Assembly (NCBI GenBank): GCA_046563655.1
Contig: CM102289.1
Span: forward strand, 9,424,001 to 9,488,000
DNA from: Yuukianura sp. NJ FZ-2021
Lineage: Eukaryota
DNA length: 64,000 bases
Direction: 5' to 3'
Every line of letters starts with the position of its first letter. Position 1 is the first letter of the stretch. Made by a program: the position numbers and the translations under genes. Shown here piece by piece: positions 1 through 11,800 of this stretch. The notes beneath the pieces are model-generated. The model searched no databases and was not told the origin of the DNA. It was given only the letters and a program-made list of their open reading frames with translations.

Positions 1-320
1 GCATGGGGAAGGATGTGATTGTTGAGAGTAATGGAAAGCGTTGCGTTCCTGGCTGAAGTAACTGATGGTTGGAAAGTAGTAAAAGCGTATGCAAAAATTA
101 TTTTTTAGCTTCTCCTTTTACGACTTTCTCCATATTGCGGACGGTTAACATAAAAGCTTATCGGTTTTTGGGTTTTATGGGAAAAGAGGCCTGCTTTCTC
201 TTTTCATCTTTTTGTGAATATAAAAACAGGAAAAAACATGAATGAAAGGATCCACTTGACATGACACATGGAAAGTACTGCTGGCTAGTACAATGGAGAA
301 AGTACTGCTACAGTGAAGCC

Positions 321-404
321 GTATGGTACTGGCAGTATTGTACTGCCAGTATGGTGCTGGCAGTATTATACTGCCGGTATGGTACTGGCAATATTATACT
401 GCCA
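321..404. repeat. 28-bp tandem repeat x3 with internal inverted symmetry
   Basis: gtatggtactggcagtattgtactgcca / gtatggtgctggcagtattatactgccg / gtatggtactggcaatattatactgcca. Confidence 0.85.
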
Positions 405-2856
405 GTGCAGTATAGTCCTATTGTTATGTTATGCCGGAAGCAGGAGTAATAAGTCTTCGAAATGGAAACGAAGTTCGTCGTGGGCCAAAGACCTTTGGTT
501 CCAGGTCGGTTGTAAACGGGTACTTGTGTATACCGTTGTTTTTATTAACATGAAATTATTTTTCGTGGTTTTGTGTACGGAATGGACGAGACCGTGCGGA
601 AGTGTATTACCGCATAAGTGACTCTGATTTAAATGTATGGGTGCGTAGGTTTCCGTTCAGGAATGTCCGGAAACGACTAGTTTTTGGTCGTTTTCTCTTT
701 TTTTTTTCTCTCTCTTTTTATAGTGTTGAGTCACTTTGACTTTGTGTTGCTGTTACTCACAGTTGGACTCACTTTCTCTTTTCTTTCTCTCACTGCGTGA
801 TTGTTCCCACTTATGGACTTCCAGGCTCTTGCTCCTGATCCTTCAATTGATAACATTATAGCCTATTTCTGCTTTTAGGCTAGTACTTTTAGGCTTTCTT
901 TTTAGGCTTTTTTAGTACTTTCTAAGAACAACAGTGAAATTGGGCAGGTATGGCACTTCTAGTTGAGTGGAAACACAGAAGTTGGTCTCCGTTGCCTCAC
1001 GGCTGCTTTCGCAACTCCAAAATGTCAAATCAACTCCTACTTTCTTTTTTCGCAAATTTTTCTTTTTCTAAAACAGAAGTCTAACTTCTGGCTTTTGGCT
1101 GGTTGTGGACGTAGAGAAAAAGTTTTTTGGTTGGTTGTGCCAATTTTGATGATCTAATTTAGTGTAAACGCAAAATGTCATCGTCATGCATGAGGTCAAT
1201 GTCTCAGAGTCATAGCATGTGAGGTTGGAAAGACGTCAACTGGAGTTAAGCTTACTGCACTGAAGAACCTAAAAATAACACGAATTTGCGATTTCTACTT
1301 TGGTCATGCTCATGCTTCGCCTTTTCGCACTTTGGAGTGATTTTCTGTCTCTCTTGTTAGAATTTAAAATTGTTTTTAGAACATTCTTCATTTTTCAAAA
1401 AGTTGCTGAGGGTACGGTTTTTTGAATTTTTTTTAAATCATGATCTAAGGTTCTAATTTTTTTAAATTAGTGGATTGGAAAACTTAGAAACAAGAGCAGA
1501 AATTTTGAGGAAAAAATGTAACTTTCGTTTTTTGGCGCTTTCGTGATTAATTAGTAATCAATAAACTGGGGCAAAACGGAGCTTTTCTGTGTTTTGTTCT
1601 TTTGTTATAAACTTTCTACATAATAAAATTGAAAGTGACTGCTCGTGTTTTAGTATACAGAGTATTTATTATGTGTCAACTGTGGCCTACAATTTATAAT
1701 ATACGAGAGGTTATTGTCAAATGTTGTAAAATGAAAATTTTGAAAAACGGAAACGCAGGATGACAAATTTTGAATTTTGAAATTATGCTATGTTTTTACA
1801 ACTGTGGCCTTATTCTTTGTTCGTTTGGGGCTTAAATAATTTTATGGATGTGAAATTTGGAATGCGGTGGATGGTTGTAAATAATTGACATGTTCTTTGT
1901 TCGTTGCGTTTAATATTAAATTTGGGATTGTGTTGGTAGATGTGGTTGAGGGGCGGTTGGTTCTGGATACTAACCATGTCAGAGTGCACAAACTTTCTCT
2001 TTTCTTAGCTTTCCATCTGCATGGCCTTGGAAAGTGATGGACTAGAGTCCATACATAACTCATGAGTTCACACAACATTCCTGGACAATGGGAATTGATT
2101 ATGCACGGCCCAATTCAACCGTTTTAGTCTGCATATTGTTCAATGTTCAACCAAAAGTATGAAAACTTGGCGCCACTGGACTTTGGAGTGAACGGAAAAT
2201 TTTTTTAAAGTAGATAAAAAAATCGGATTTTTCCGTTTTCGCTACTTCTGTATCCCCGTTTTTGAATATCGGCGGCTGCAAATTTTTTCCAACTTCTTTT
2301 TTTGGTGTTGTTTTTAAATCGTGTTGGAAATTACTAAAAATACTGTTAGCAAATTACTTTTTTTTTAGCAAAGCTGGATTGTGAATTTGAAACTTAAAAA
2401 TTTGAAATAGTGAATTTTGCAGGAAAATCTGTAGGGAGGGATTTGGCGGGAAAAATTGAAATAGAGAATTCAGAGGGAAAATTTGAAATAATAGAGATAT
2501 TTTAGCGGAAAAGTTTGAAATGGAAGGATTTGGCTAGAAAGTAGGTAAAATATTGATTGTAATTGTGTAGTTTTGTTGTAGGTTGGAGATGTTTGAGAGA
2601 TTTGGTGCCAAATGAGATCCGAAGGAAGAAGATGGGTGGGATTAAGTCCATTGTGGACGAGACACAATGGGATCGTCAACAGTTGTTTCCTTAAGAAGTG
2701 ATTTCTGGGCCACTGGAGACGTGGATCCATGGGCTTAATTCTCCCCGGCACAAACTCCTCCAGCACAACTCAGCCGACTTTCCCCAAATTATTAATCACC
2801 CGAGAATTAAATCCCCCGACTCTGGCCACACCTACACTTCACACTTCTCAAGTGAT

Positions 2857-5800
2857 ATGATGAAATTCACTTCAAACAAGCATTCAGCAACACAACGAGG
2901 TAAGCATTCTCATTGTCAATTAATTTTAGACAGTTAATAAGGTAGGATAAACTAATTTTAGGCCTAGCTTCAAAGCAATTCAGTTAAAACTTTTTTGAAG
3001 TGTAAAGATTTGACATACTTGAACACCAAAATGTTGTTTTGAGAGTTTTGGATTTTCGCGATTGTAAGGTGAAAGTGACGCTTCTGTGAAAGAAAGTGAA
3101 AGTCCGATTCCGAGATTTGCGAAGAATTGGCCCTCTGTCGGTGTGTTTTGTGTGTGGAGCGCCCCATTGTAGTTGTGCAATTGGCCAGTAGATGGCAACG
3201 CTTTTTTTGAAAGAAGAAGTGAAAGTAGAGAAAGCAAAAAATTACAAAACTTTCCAAAAGTTCGTCTGCTTTTTGATTCACCATCACAAAACTCCATTTG
3301 GTTAACCCTTGCATATGACAGACAGACAGACAAGATGATTGGACAAAACAGCTTTCGCTTCTCTTCCAACACCTCTTGATTTCCACAAAACTTTTCGATT
3401 TTTTCCATTTTTTTTGGAGATAAGGAGGAAAAAGAAATGTGTGAAGATGAATTAGATGTTAAATGGCGAATTTTAAGTTAATACACTATGGAAAGACTAT
3501 AAAAGAGAGTTTTGGACTTTTGAGCCGTTATGTGAATTATTGCGTTGAGGCTAGAATTTCTATTATGAAGGATTCCTCAAGTTGTACGTGCTTGGCATTA
3601 CGTTATGGAAGTTTAGGTTATGTTAAGGGACTTCCGCATTTCCTATTTTCTTTTTGAACTTACGCAGAAAAGAGAGGCGGAGAAATTTGAGACTTTGGGA
3701 AAATGTTGAATTGGGTGGATTTCATTTCCTAGGGAGCAGCAACTGCTTTTCTTCATTCAAGCTTTGGAGAAAGTGCAGGTTGAACTTTAGGCTACTGTGT
3801 GGTTGGGCTGGTGCTGTGAAGTAGTGCGCTTGTTCCGCTTTTCTATCGATTCTACCTAAAATCCCCACTTTTACTCCGCGAATGGTTTAGTAGTGCCTCG
3901 GTAGCATCACGACCAAGCACACACCGTTCAAATCCAACATTTGAACGGGAAGTTGCCCATTTCCGCCTCTGTGTACTTCCAATTCCGAAACAGTTTGTTT
4001 TATAACTACACAAGGAGTGGGAGAATACTGGACGGAAAAAAGTGAACAGAAAGGACTACAGACATGTAGCATGTGATCGTGATGGGAACTGACGAACTTT
4101 GAATTTCCCGCCAACTTGTGAATTTGGTGTCAATGGCTTCATTTTTTTGAAGAGTTGTGATTTGTGAAAGTGGTGCTGCAAATTTTTTGTTATTGGTGAA
4201 CAATGTGATAATGATTATCACTTGATTTTTGGAATGAAAGTGAAAGTTGTTTAGGTTTAGGAGAAAGTCTAAAGAAAATGTATTGAATCCGAGGATTTGT
4301 CCGTAACATGAACGAAACCTTAACACATGTTAGGCTTTTACCAAGGAAAGTGAAAAGTTAGGCTAGGTTTCAATAGACAAGAATGGATTTGATTTATGGT
4401 CATGGACCTATCCTAGCCAATTCACAATCACTTCCTCCTCATGGCAGAGAAATGATCGGAGATGGCTATCTTCTGGATTGAGCCTATTGAAAAAGCCTAT
4501 ATTGAAAATTTAGCCGATATCTGGAGATGCCTCGAATGGCCAAAAGGACTCATCGTCAGTTTCATAGTTCAACGAAAAAACTTTGAATGGGAGTGGTATT
4601 TTTTTTGCCGATCACTGGATCGGTCAGCATCACTCTTATATGAAAAGTGAACGTAAAGTGCCGATCACTGTAATGAGTGATCAGCTGTCTCTTACATAAA
4701 AAGTGATCGTAGATGTGCCGATCACTGTAATGAGTGATCAGCTGTTTCTTACATAAAGTGAGCGTAAATGTGCCGATGACTGCATCGGTGATCACCTTCT
4801 TACATAATCAGTAGTGAGCGTAATAAATGTGTCGTGTTTCCTGGATGAGACTAACGACTACTAGTACTAAGGATCCAATGAGAAAATGAGATTAATGACC
4901 AAGATGATGTCGTATCTGGGGCAAGGTGAGACAAAGTAGAGAAGAGTGGGAAAGGGATCACGTGCTGGTGGAGGTTTAAGATTTACGACCAGATTGGATC
5001 TCATTATGATCATGTCTTCTGTGGAAGAAGTAATCGAAATCTTCCAAGTCAAACAGGAAACTACAAAAGAAGTGCCAGCATCTTCTGGAAGTACTTGCAC
5101 TATTGTTCCTGGTGCTGGCAAGAATTTAATTGCCTCGTCCAGAGAAAGCCTTTGTTCACTCACTACTGGGGATGGATCGTATGGAGTCAAAGCCAGACTC
5201 AGAGTTCGGAAGAAGCGGATTCTGGATCACTCGCCGTGTCAGTCCAAAAAGTACCGCCGAAGAGCCTATTCTCCACAACAACTTCAATTTCCATTTGATG
5301 ATGAGCAGCACCGTGCCGGCGCCGCCGCGGTGGGGCAACCTGCAACTGCTAGTACTTCAATAAAAGACGAGCGAAGTGTTCCAGGCTCCTCTTGTCTTCC
5401 AAATTCAAATACTTCCGCTGGAGAGTGCACTGGAACGTCGGGGGTAATGAAATTCCGTGCGAGAGTGACAACGCTTGATGAAATTCTGAAAGCGCAGGAA
5501 GAAGCTGCAAGAGGAAGCGCTGGATCTGTACAACCACTTTTGTCTGACGCTGATCAGCGATCGAGACCACCGCGGCGCTCCATACTTAAAAATAAAGTAC
5601 CGAGTATTACTATTTCGACGCCAAATTCCTCATCAGCTGTTGGTGCCAAAATGGGACAAGGTTGCAGCTCTAACGAAAGTTTTGAACATGGTTTGGCGGG
5701 TAAAAGTGTACAGGAAGTTCAGTTTGCAATGCCACCAGCTGATGCGACGGTGGGAGATGACTTTAGCAGTAGTGGGAGTTCGGAGGAAGACAGAAACTGC

Positions 5801-8800
5801 TGTGGATGGTTTGAACAGAGTGACAATTGTTGTCACCGCGGCGGTCACGGTGTGCTGTCAGGACAAGATTCATCCACTGTGACTCCTACAAGAGTTTACC
5901 CGAGAGAGAACTGCTGGTGTCCAGTGCTGATCCAGAACTTGGTTGGTTTTATTAGCAAAGTGTACTCGAGATTTGTGGACAGTATTCTCGGCCTCGCTAA
6001 TCCCTACAGAGATGAAAATGGACAAGGTTAGCCCAATGCCAAACATGTCACTTTCACTTTTCTGACTTTGGCTCTTTTGCGTTTTTGGCTTTGACTGTTG
6101 GGCTGACTTTTTCGACTTTGCCTTTTCTGACTTTGCCTTTTCCGACTTTGCCTTTTCTGACTTTGACTTTTCCGGCTTTGCCTTTTCTGACTTTGACATT
6201 TACGACTGATTTTTTTGACGGTGACTTTTCCGACTTTGCTTTTTTTGACGTTATGACCTTTACAACTGTGACTTTTTTAGTTACGTAACCTAATGTCGCT
6301 TCCACTTCGTTGAATTTAAAAATTCCTTTGTTGGATCCATGGGGTGACTTTGTTCGTTTGAAGAAATTAAGGGATAAATTAGATTCTCTTGCAAATCTGA
6401 AGTACTTTCACTTTTGATGGAGAAAGAGACTATGGAGAAAGGCTGCTGAAATTAGGACTTCAAATAACACGTACAGCCCATTGACATTCAGACAACCAAC
6501 GCCGTTCCATTAAACTCCTTTCTTCTAGCATTACGTTTTTGAATGCAAAGGTTTTACTTTTTTTGTTGAATGTTTTATTACTTCCGAAGAATTCAAGTCT
6601 TAAGGACGGCTTATTGTTGACTAAATAACGCCAATCGTTTCTGTGGGTAACTATAAACTTGGGTTTTGTTTAAAAACACACATCGGCATATTTGTTCGTT
6701 TCCCCTCAAATCCCTCCGCGAAGGAGTTAGATTTGAACATGCTGATTCGTTATGTCTTTTGTACAAACATACAAACAGTTGCCGATGTCTTGGTGATTTA
6801 CTTGGATTCGAAAGCAAATTTCTAGAATTTTTGGGACGCTGGTAAAGGTACCAAGATGGACCCTTAGGGTGGACTTAGAAATACGATTAATGGTATCAAA
6901 ATTTGTGAAATGCGACTGCGGAGATTTCAACGGCCTAAAATCTTAGAAATTCCCACGTTGAACCCTAAAAAACGACGATTATGCGCGACTACTTTTCTTA
7001 AATCGGTTATAACTTTTAAACGGGTTAAGATATTTCAAATCCGAAGCCGTTGAAATCCCCGCCACGCTATTCCGCAAATTTTGATACCTTACTTAACGTT
7101 CTACGTTGATCCTACGATTTTTAACTGGTACCGGAAGAAGGTCAATTTTCAGTAGTTATCAGACCTCTTCGTTACCAAGCTAACAGGACCTTAATTAAAA
7201 AAAAAGCGTAGTCATTGTATGTTAATAGAATACAGGATGAGCAGCAGACTGGATAAATCAGAAATTGGAGAGGGAAAGGCAGGAGAAAACAAATTTTTTT
7301 TGAATTTTTTTTTTGAAAAACAAAAACAAAGTAATGGTGTAAAAAAGGAAAGTTCAACAGCATTAGTAAATTAAATTTTTGGATTTCAATAATTTTGAAT
7401 TTGACTTTTTTTTTTATTTCAGAAATTGAACGGAGAATAAGAGCCAACGATCCATCTTTCAATGAGAAATTTTGTTATGCGGTAAGTCCTGTTTTTGTTT
7501 TTTGACTTTTGACCTTTAGTTAATTATTTACGGATTAATTACATGTTGACGAAAAACTAAATTTTGAAATTTTAGCACCGACTGTATAATTTTTGGTGGT
7601 TTTGTTTGAACTCATACTAGTTTGACCAAACATGTGATGAAAGTGAAAAAGCGCAACTAGCAATTTTTTTTTTCAAAAAAGAGTGAAAGCAGAGTGAAAA
7701 TCAAAACATTTTGAATAATCGATTCATCCACTTTTTTTTTGTTGGATGAAAAATGGATGGTGAAAGGCGGAAAAACTTTTTTTTTGCTTTCACTTTCTGG
7801 GAAAAGAGAATTTATTACTTTGTGTTTTTGAAGATTGAAATTAAACCTGGCGGGGGTCGTGGAAATTAAATAGTTTTAGAAAAGTTGGAAAAACTAATTG
7901 ATAATTATGTTTTGCAAGGGATGTTGCTCGAGGACCCTTGGATTCAAGGGCCCTTAAGGGCTTACATAATTAAAAGAGAAAGACAGTCTAATCTTGTTTT
8001 GAAAATTGATCTAATTATTTTTCAGTACAAGTTTTCCTAGTAAAGAGTTAAAAAGCTTAAAAGGAAACTTAATTGGGAAAGAGTGCTTTGATGAAAATTG
8101 GCATTTTGTTTGAAATTTTGAGAATTTTGAAATTTTGAAATTTTTCAGAATAACTATATAAAGACGTCCAAGTACACCGTAGTTACCTTCCTACCACTAA
8201 ACTTGTTTGAGCAATTTCAACGATTGGCAAACTTCTATTTTTTATGTCTACTCGTCCTTCAGGTCAGTTTAAAACGAAATTTTAAAAGAGTTTGAAAAAT
8301 GAATTAAAACATTTTGAAAATTTTCAAAAAAAAAACTTTTTCGAAATTTGTAGCTAATTCCTGTGATTACATCTCTGACTCCATTCACAACAGCAGTGCC
8401 TTTGATATTGGTGTTGGCACTCACTGCAGCCAAAGATGCCTACGATGATTTCGTGAGTGACAAGCCACATTTGTCATTTTCAAAATTTTGAAAAATTTGA
8501 GTCAGAGATGGATTTAGTGATGAGTGAAACATTTAGGAATTTGGATTTTCAAAATTTTGTTTTTGTTGTTTCTTAGCAACGGCACCGCAGTGACTCTCAA
8601 GTGAACAACCGGAAATCTCTGGTTCTCCGGAATGGGCACTTGGTGGAGGAGAGATGGTTCAAGGTATGAATTTCAAAGTCAAAAATTTTCCCGCCAAAAT
8701 TGTTTTTTCCTCGACAAGATGATGATGATGATGATGATCATCATCATCATCATCATTCATCATGTACCCCGTGACATAAGGACATTCTAAAACGAAATGT

Positions 8801-11800
8801 CAACTCAGGGAAAGTCCAAAGTCTATGTAAAGGTTAGGCTTGCTGGGACTACTAAAATACTGGCAAGTTTTTTTTAGCCTTTTTGCGAGTACTGCGAAAA
8901 TACTTGCAAGTTTTGTAACAGACTTTTGAAAATTAATGGAATGATTTTTGTGTCTTTAGGTTAGAAACGTTTTTGAACTTTTTTTTTGAAAATCTCGTCT
9001 TTTTTTTTTGAAAAGCTGAAATTTTGGCTTTTAGCTGTTGCCCTACTTTTGAATTTCCGCCTGTGACAGATTGCACTTTGTGAAATGTCAGATTAAGCCT
9101 CAGGTGGGATTTCGGAGAAATGGCGGCGCAACCTTTCAAACAAATTGGTCTCGATTTCTATTAAACTCTGGCTTTTGTCCATCACCAAGTCCCTAGATGC
9201 CTTTGACTTCAAAGGAAACCGAAATTTTGAAATTTAATTTCCGTTTTACAATTTCTGTATTTTTTGAAAGGTACAAGTTGGGGATGTGATTCGGATGGAG
9301 AATGACCAATTTGTAGCGGCGGATGTACTGATCCTCTCCACTTCTGAGCCTAATGGATTATGCTACATCGAAACGGCAGAACTCGACGGGTTAGTTCAAA
9401 ATTAAAAAAAAATAGCCTAACAATTTTTTGAAAAACTCAACAACTCGTTTTTTTTTATGGAAAAAGCAATTTTAGCCCGAGGGTATTTTGATTCCTGGAA
9501 GGTTTTCTTTTGAGCAAAAACTTTTCATGTTACGATCAAATTTCAGTGAAAGTTTCATGAATTTTGAAATTCGAGTTTCCTGCTGAGCTGCTCAATCCAT
9601 TTTCCGACTAAAATGTTCTATGAACTTTTTTTTTTTGAAATTTTACAAATTGTTGACTTTTTTTGAATTTAGTGAAACGAACTTAAAATGCCGGCAGTGT
9701 CTTATCGAAACGGCAGAAATGGGCCAGGAACCGGAGACATTGGGATCATTTGATGGCGACATCATCTGCGAACCACCAAACAACCACCTTAACAAGTTCG
9801 AGGGAACATTGACATGGAAGGGGAAGAGGTAACATAACATATTTTAATATATTATAATATATTTTAATATATTTTAACATATTATAATATATTCCAACTC
9901 ATAATGGACAGAATATCGTATTGCCAATTAGGATTTTGATATTTCCGGTTTAATTAAGCATATCAATTTTATTGTCAGAGCAAATTTATGACATGTCACG
10001 TTTTTTTGAAAGTCCAATTCGCCATGAACTGTCCCTGACCTTTGCAAATACCCTGAAGGACTCAAATTTTTAAAATTTTGAGAAAAAAATGAAAATTTTG
10101 AAAAATTTTGAAATTGATGTAGGTATGCCTTAGACAATGACCGAATCCTGTTACGTGGGTGCATCCTAAGAAATACACAATGGTGCTACGGAGTTGTGAT
10201 TTTTGCTGGGCGTGATACAAAACTGATGCAGAATTCTGGAAAAACGAAATTCAAGAGAACCAGCATTGATCGCTTGCTCAATTTTATTATCCTCGGAGTA
10301 AGTTTCTTTTCATGTTATGGTGAATAGGTTATGTTAACCTAACAAAATCCATTAAAATGTCTTAGGATTTAGGCTAAGCCTAACCTTAGGGGCATAAAAG
10401 TGTCTTTAGTTTCTCCTTCACTGGAGAAAAAAAGCTGAACAGATTTTCTCTGAAATCGGTTTTTTGTGCATAAAGTATGAAATGCTATTGGAAATATTGA
10501 TTTTGGATTGTGTTTTAGATCGTTTTCTTCTTGCTGTCGATGTGCCTGTTCTGCACAATTGCGTGTGGAGTTTGGGAGATGATGATTGGTCAGTACTTTC
10601 GAGTGTACTTGCCATGGGATGCTCTCATACCAAGCGATGCTGCCGAGGGAGCTGTCATCATCTCACTCCTAGTCTTCTTCTCTTATGCAATTATTCTTAA
10701 TACCGTCGTACCCATTTCTCTCTACGTCAGGTACAAAAAACATTTTTAAAATTTATTTAGCCAGGGTTTTTCAAAGAAAGAAAAGATAGAAAAAAAGAAT
10801 GACTTTTTAGAAAATTAGAGAAACGTGTTTTGTCTAAAAGTGGCTTGGATGCTACTTGTCTTCCGTTTCTCAGCAATTTGTTTCCATCAATCTGAAGCTA
10901 AAGTGCGCTTGCGCAGAGTCAGTTCATACGTTACGTTTTTTTCAGTTAGAACTCCAGCTCCAGTTAACTGATTTCCAAGATAAGCTTTTTGGACATTTTG
11001 AGTCTACAAAATGACTGTATACAGTAGATCCTCTCTTACGGCAACTCATTCCGATACCGTAAATTCTCATATATGCATCAGATACCGTAAATTCCCTCAT
11101 ATCTATCGGATCATCTAAAGTGTCAACAGTTGAATTGTCCAGCTCCGGCCAAAAACTTTGGTTCAAGGGTATTCCGCTAAGAGAAAAGTTGCCATAAGAG
11201 AGGTTCTACTGTACGATGACTTTTAGTTTGAACAAAAGCGGAAAGAGGAAGCATTTAGAGCAGTAGTAACTCGATTCCAGTGAAATCTCTCCATGTCATC
11301 ATTCTTCTTTTTTCAGCGTGGAGGTAATCCGACTTTTGCAGAGCTTTCTCATCAACTGGGATTTGAAAATGTATCACGAAGCGACGGATACACCAGCCAA
11401 AGCAAGAACTACCACACTCAACGAAGAGCTAGGACAAATCCAATATATTTTTTCAGATAAAACAGGAACTTTGACTCAGGTAACAAAAAAAACACAACGC
11501 TTCTAAGTAAAAGTTCGGTTTTTGGGAAAGTTAACCTGCAAGTTTTTTTTAACGTGGGACATACTGGACACTGTCAAGTTTGTTTTTTCGTCAAGTCGAA
11601 AGTTTCCAAACTTCCTCGTGGACAGTCTGTGTCAAATGGTCTTTTGAGAATTGAGTTTTTGTTGGTTTGTTTTGTGTTGGATAAATCAATAGAATTGATT
11701 GGGAAGTATTGGAGTCTCTCTGTTAGATTTTACTTTTCTGTGAACTTTTGTTAGTACGATAGACTCAAACGCAAACTGAAAGTGAAAAGTGTATGTATGC

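Noticed and set aside
321..404. Palindromic repeat array superficially like a CRISPR
   Set aside because: No unique spacers, no cas genes and a eukaryotic context. The same applies to 4606-4830 and 38269-38340.
2970..3408. Two overlapping minus-strand ORFs of about 140 aa
   Set aside because: Non-ATG starts, no recognisable homology and location in the ATP8B 5' intronic region.
5870..6305. Lys/Ser-rich ORFs (KSEKA repeats; histone-H1-like appearance)
   Set aside because: They are translations of a 15-bp intronic minisatellite that is open in several frames, with no other gene support.
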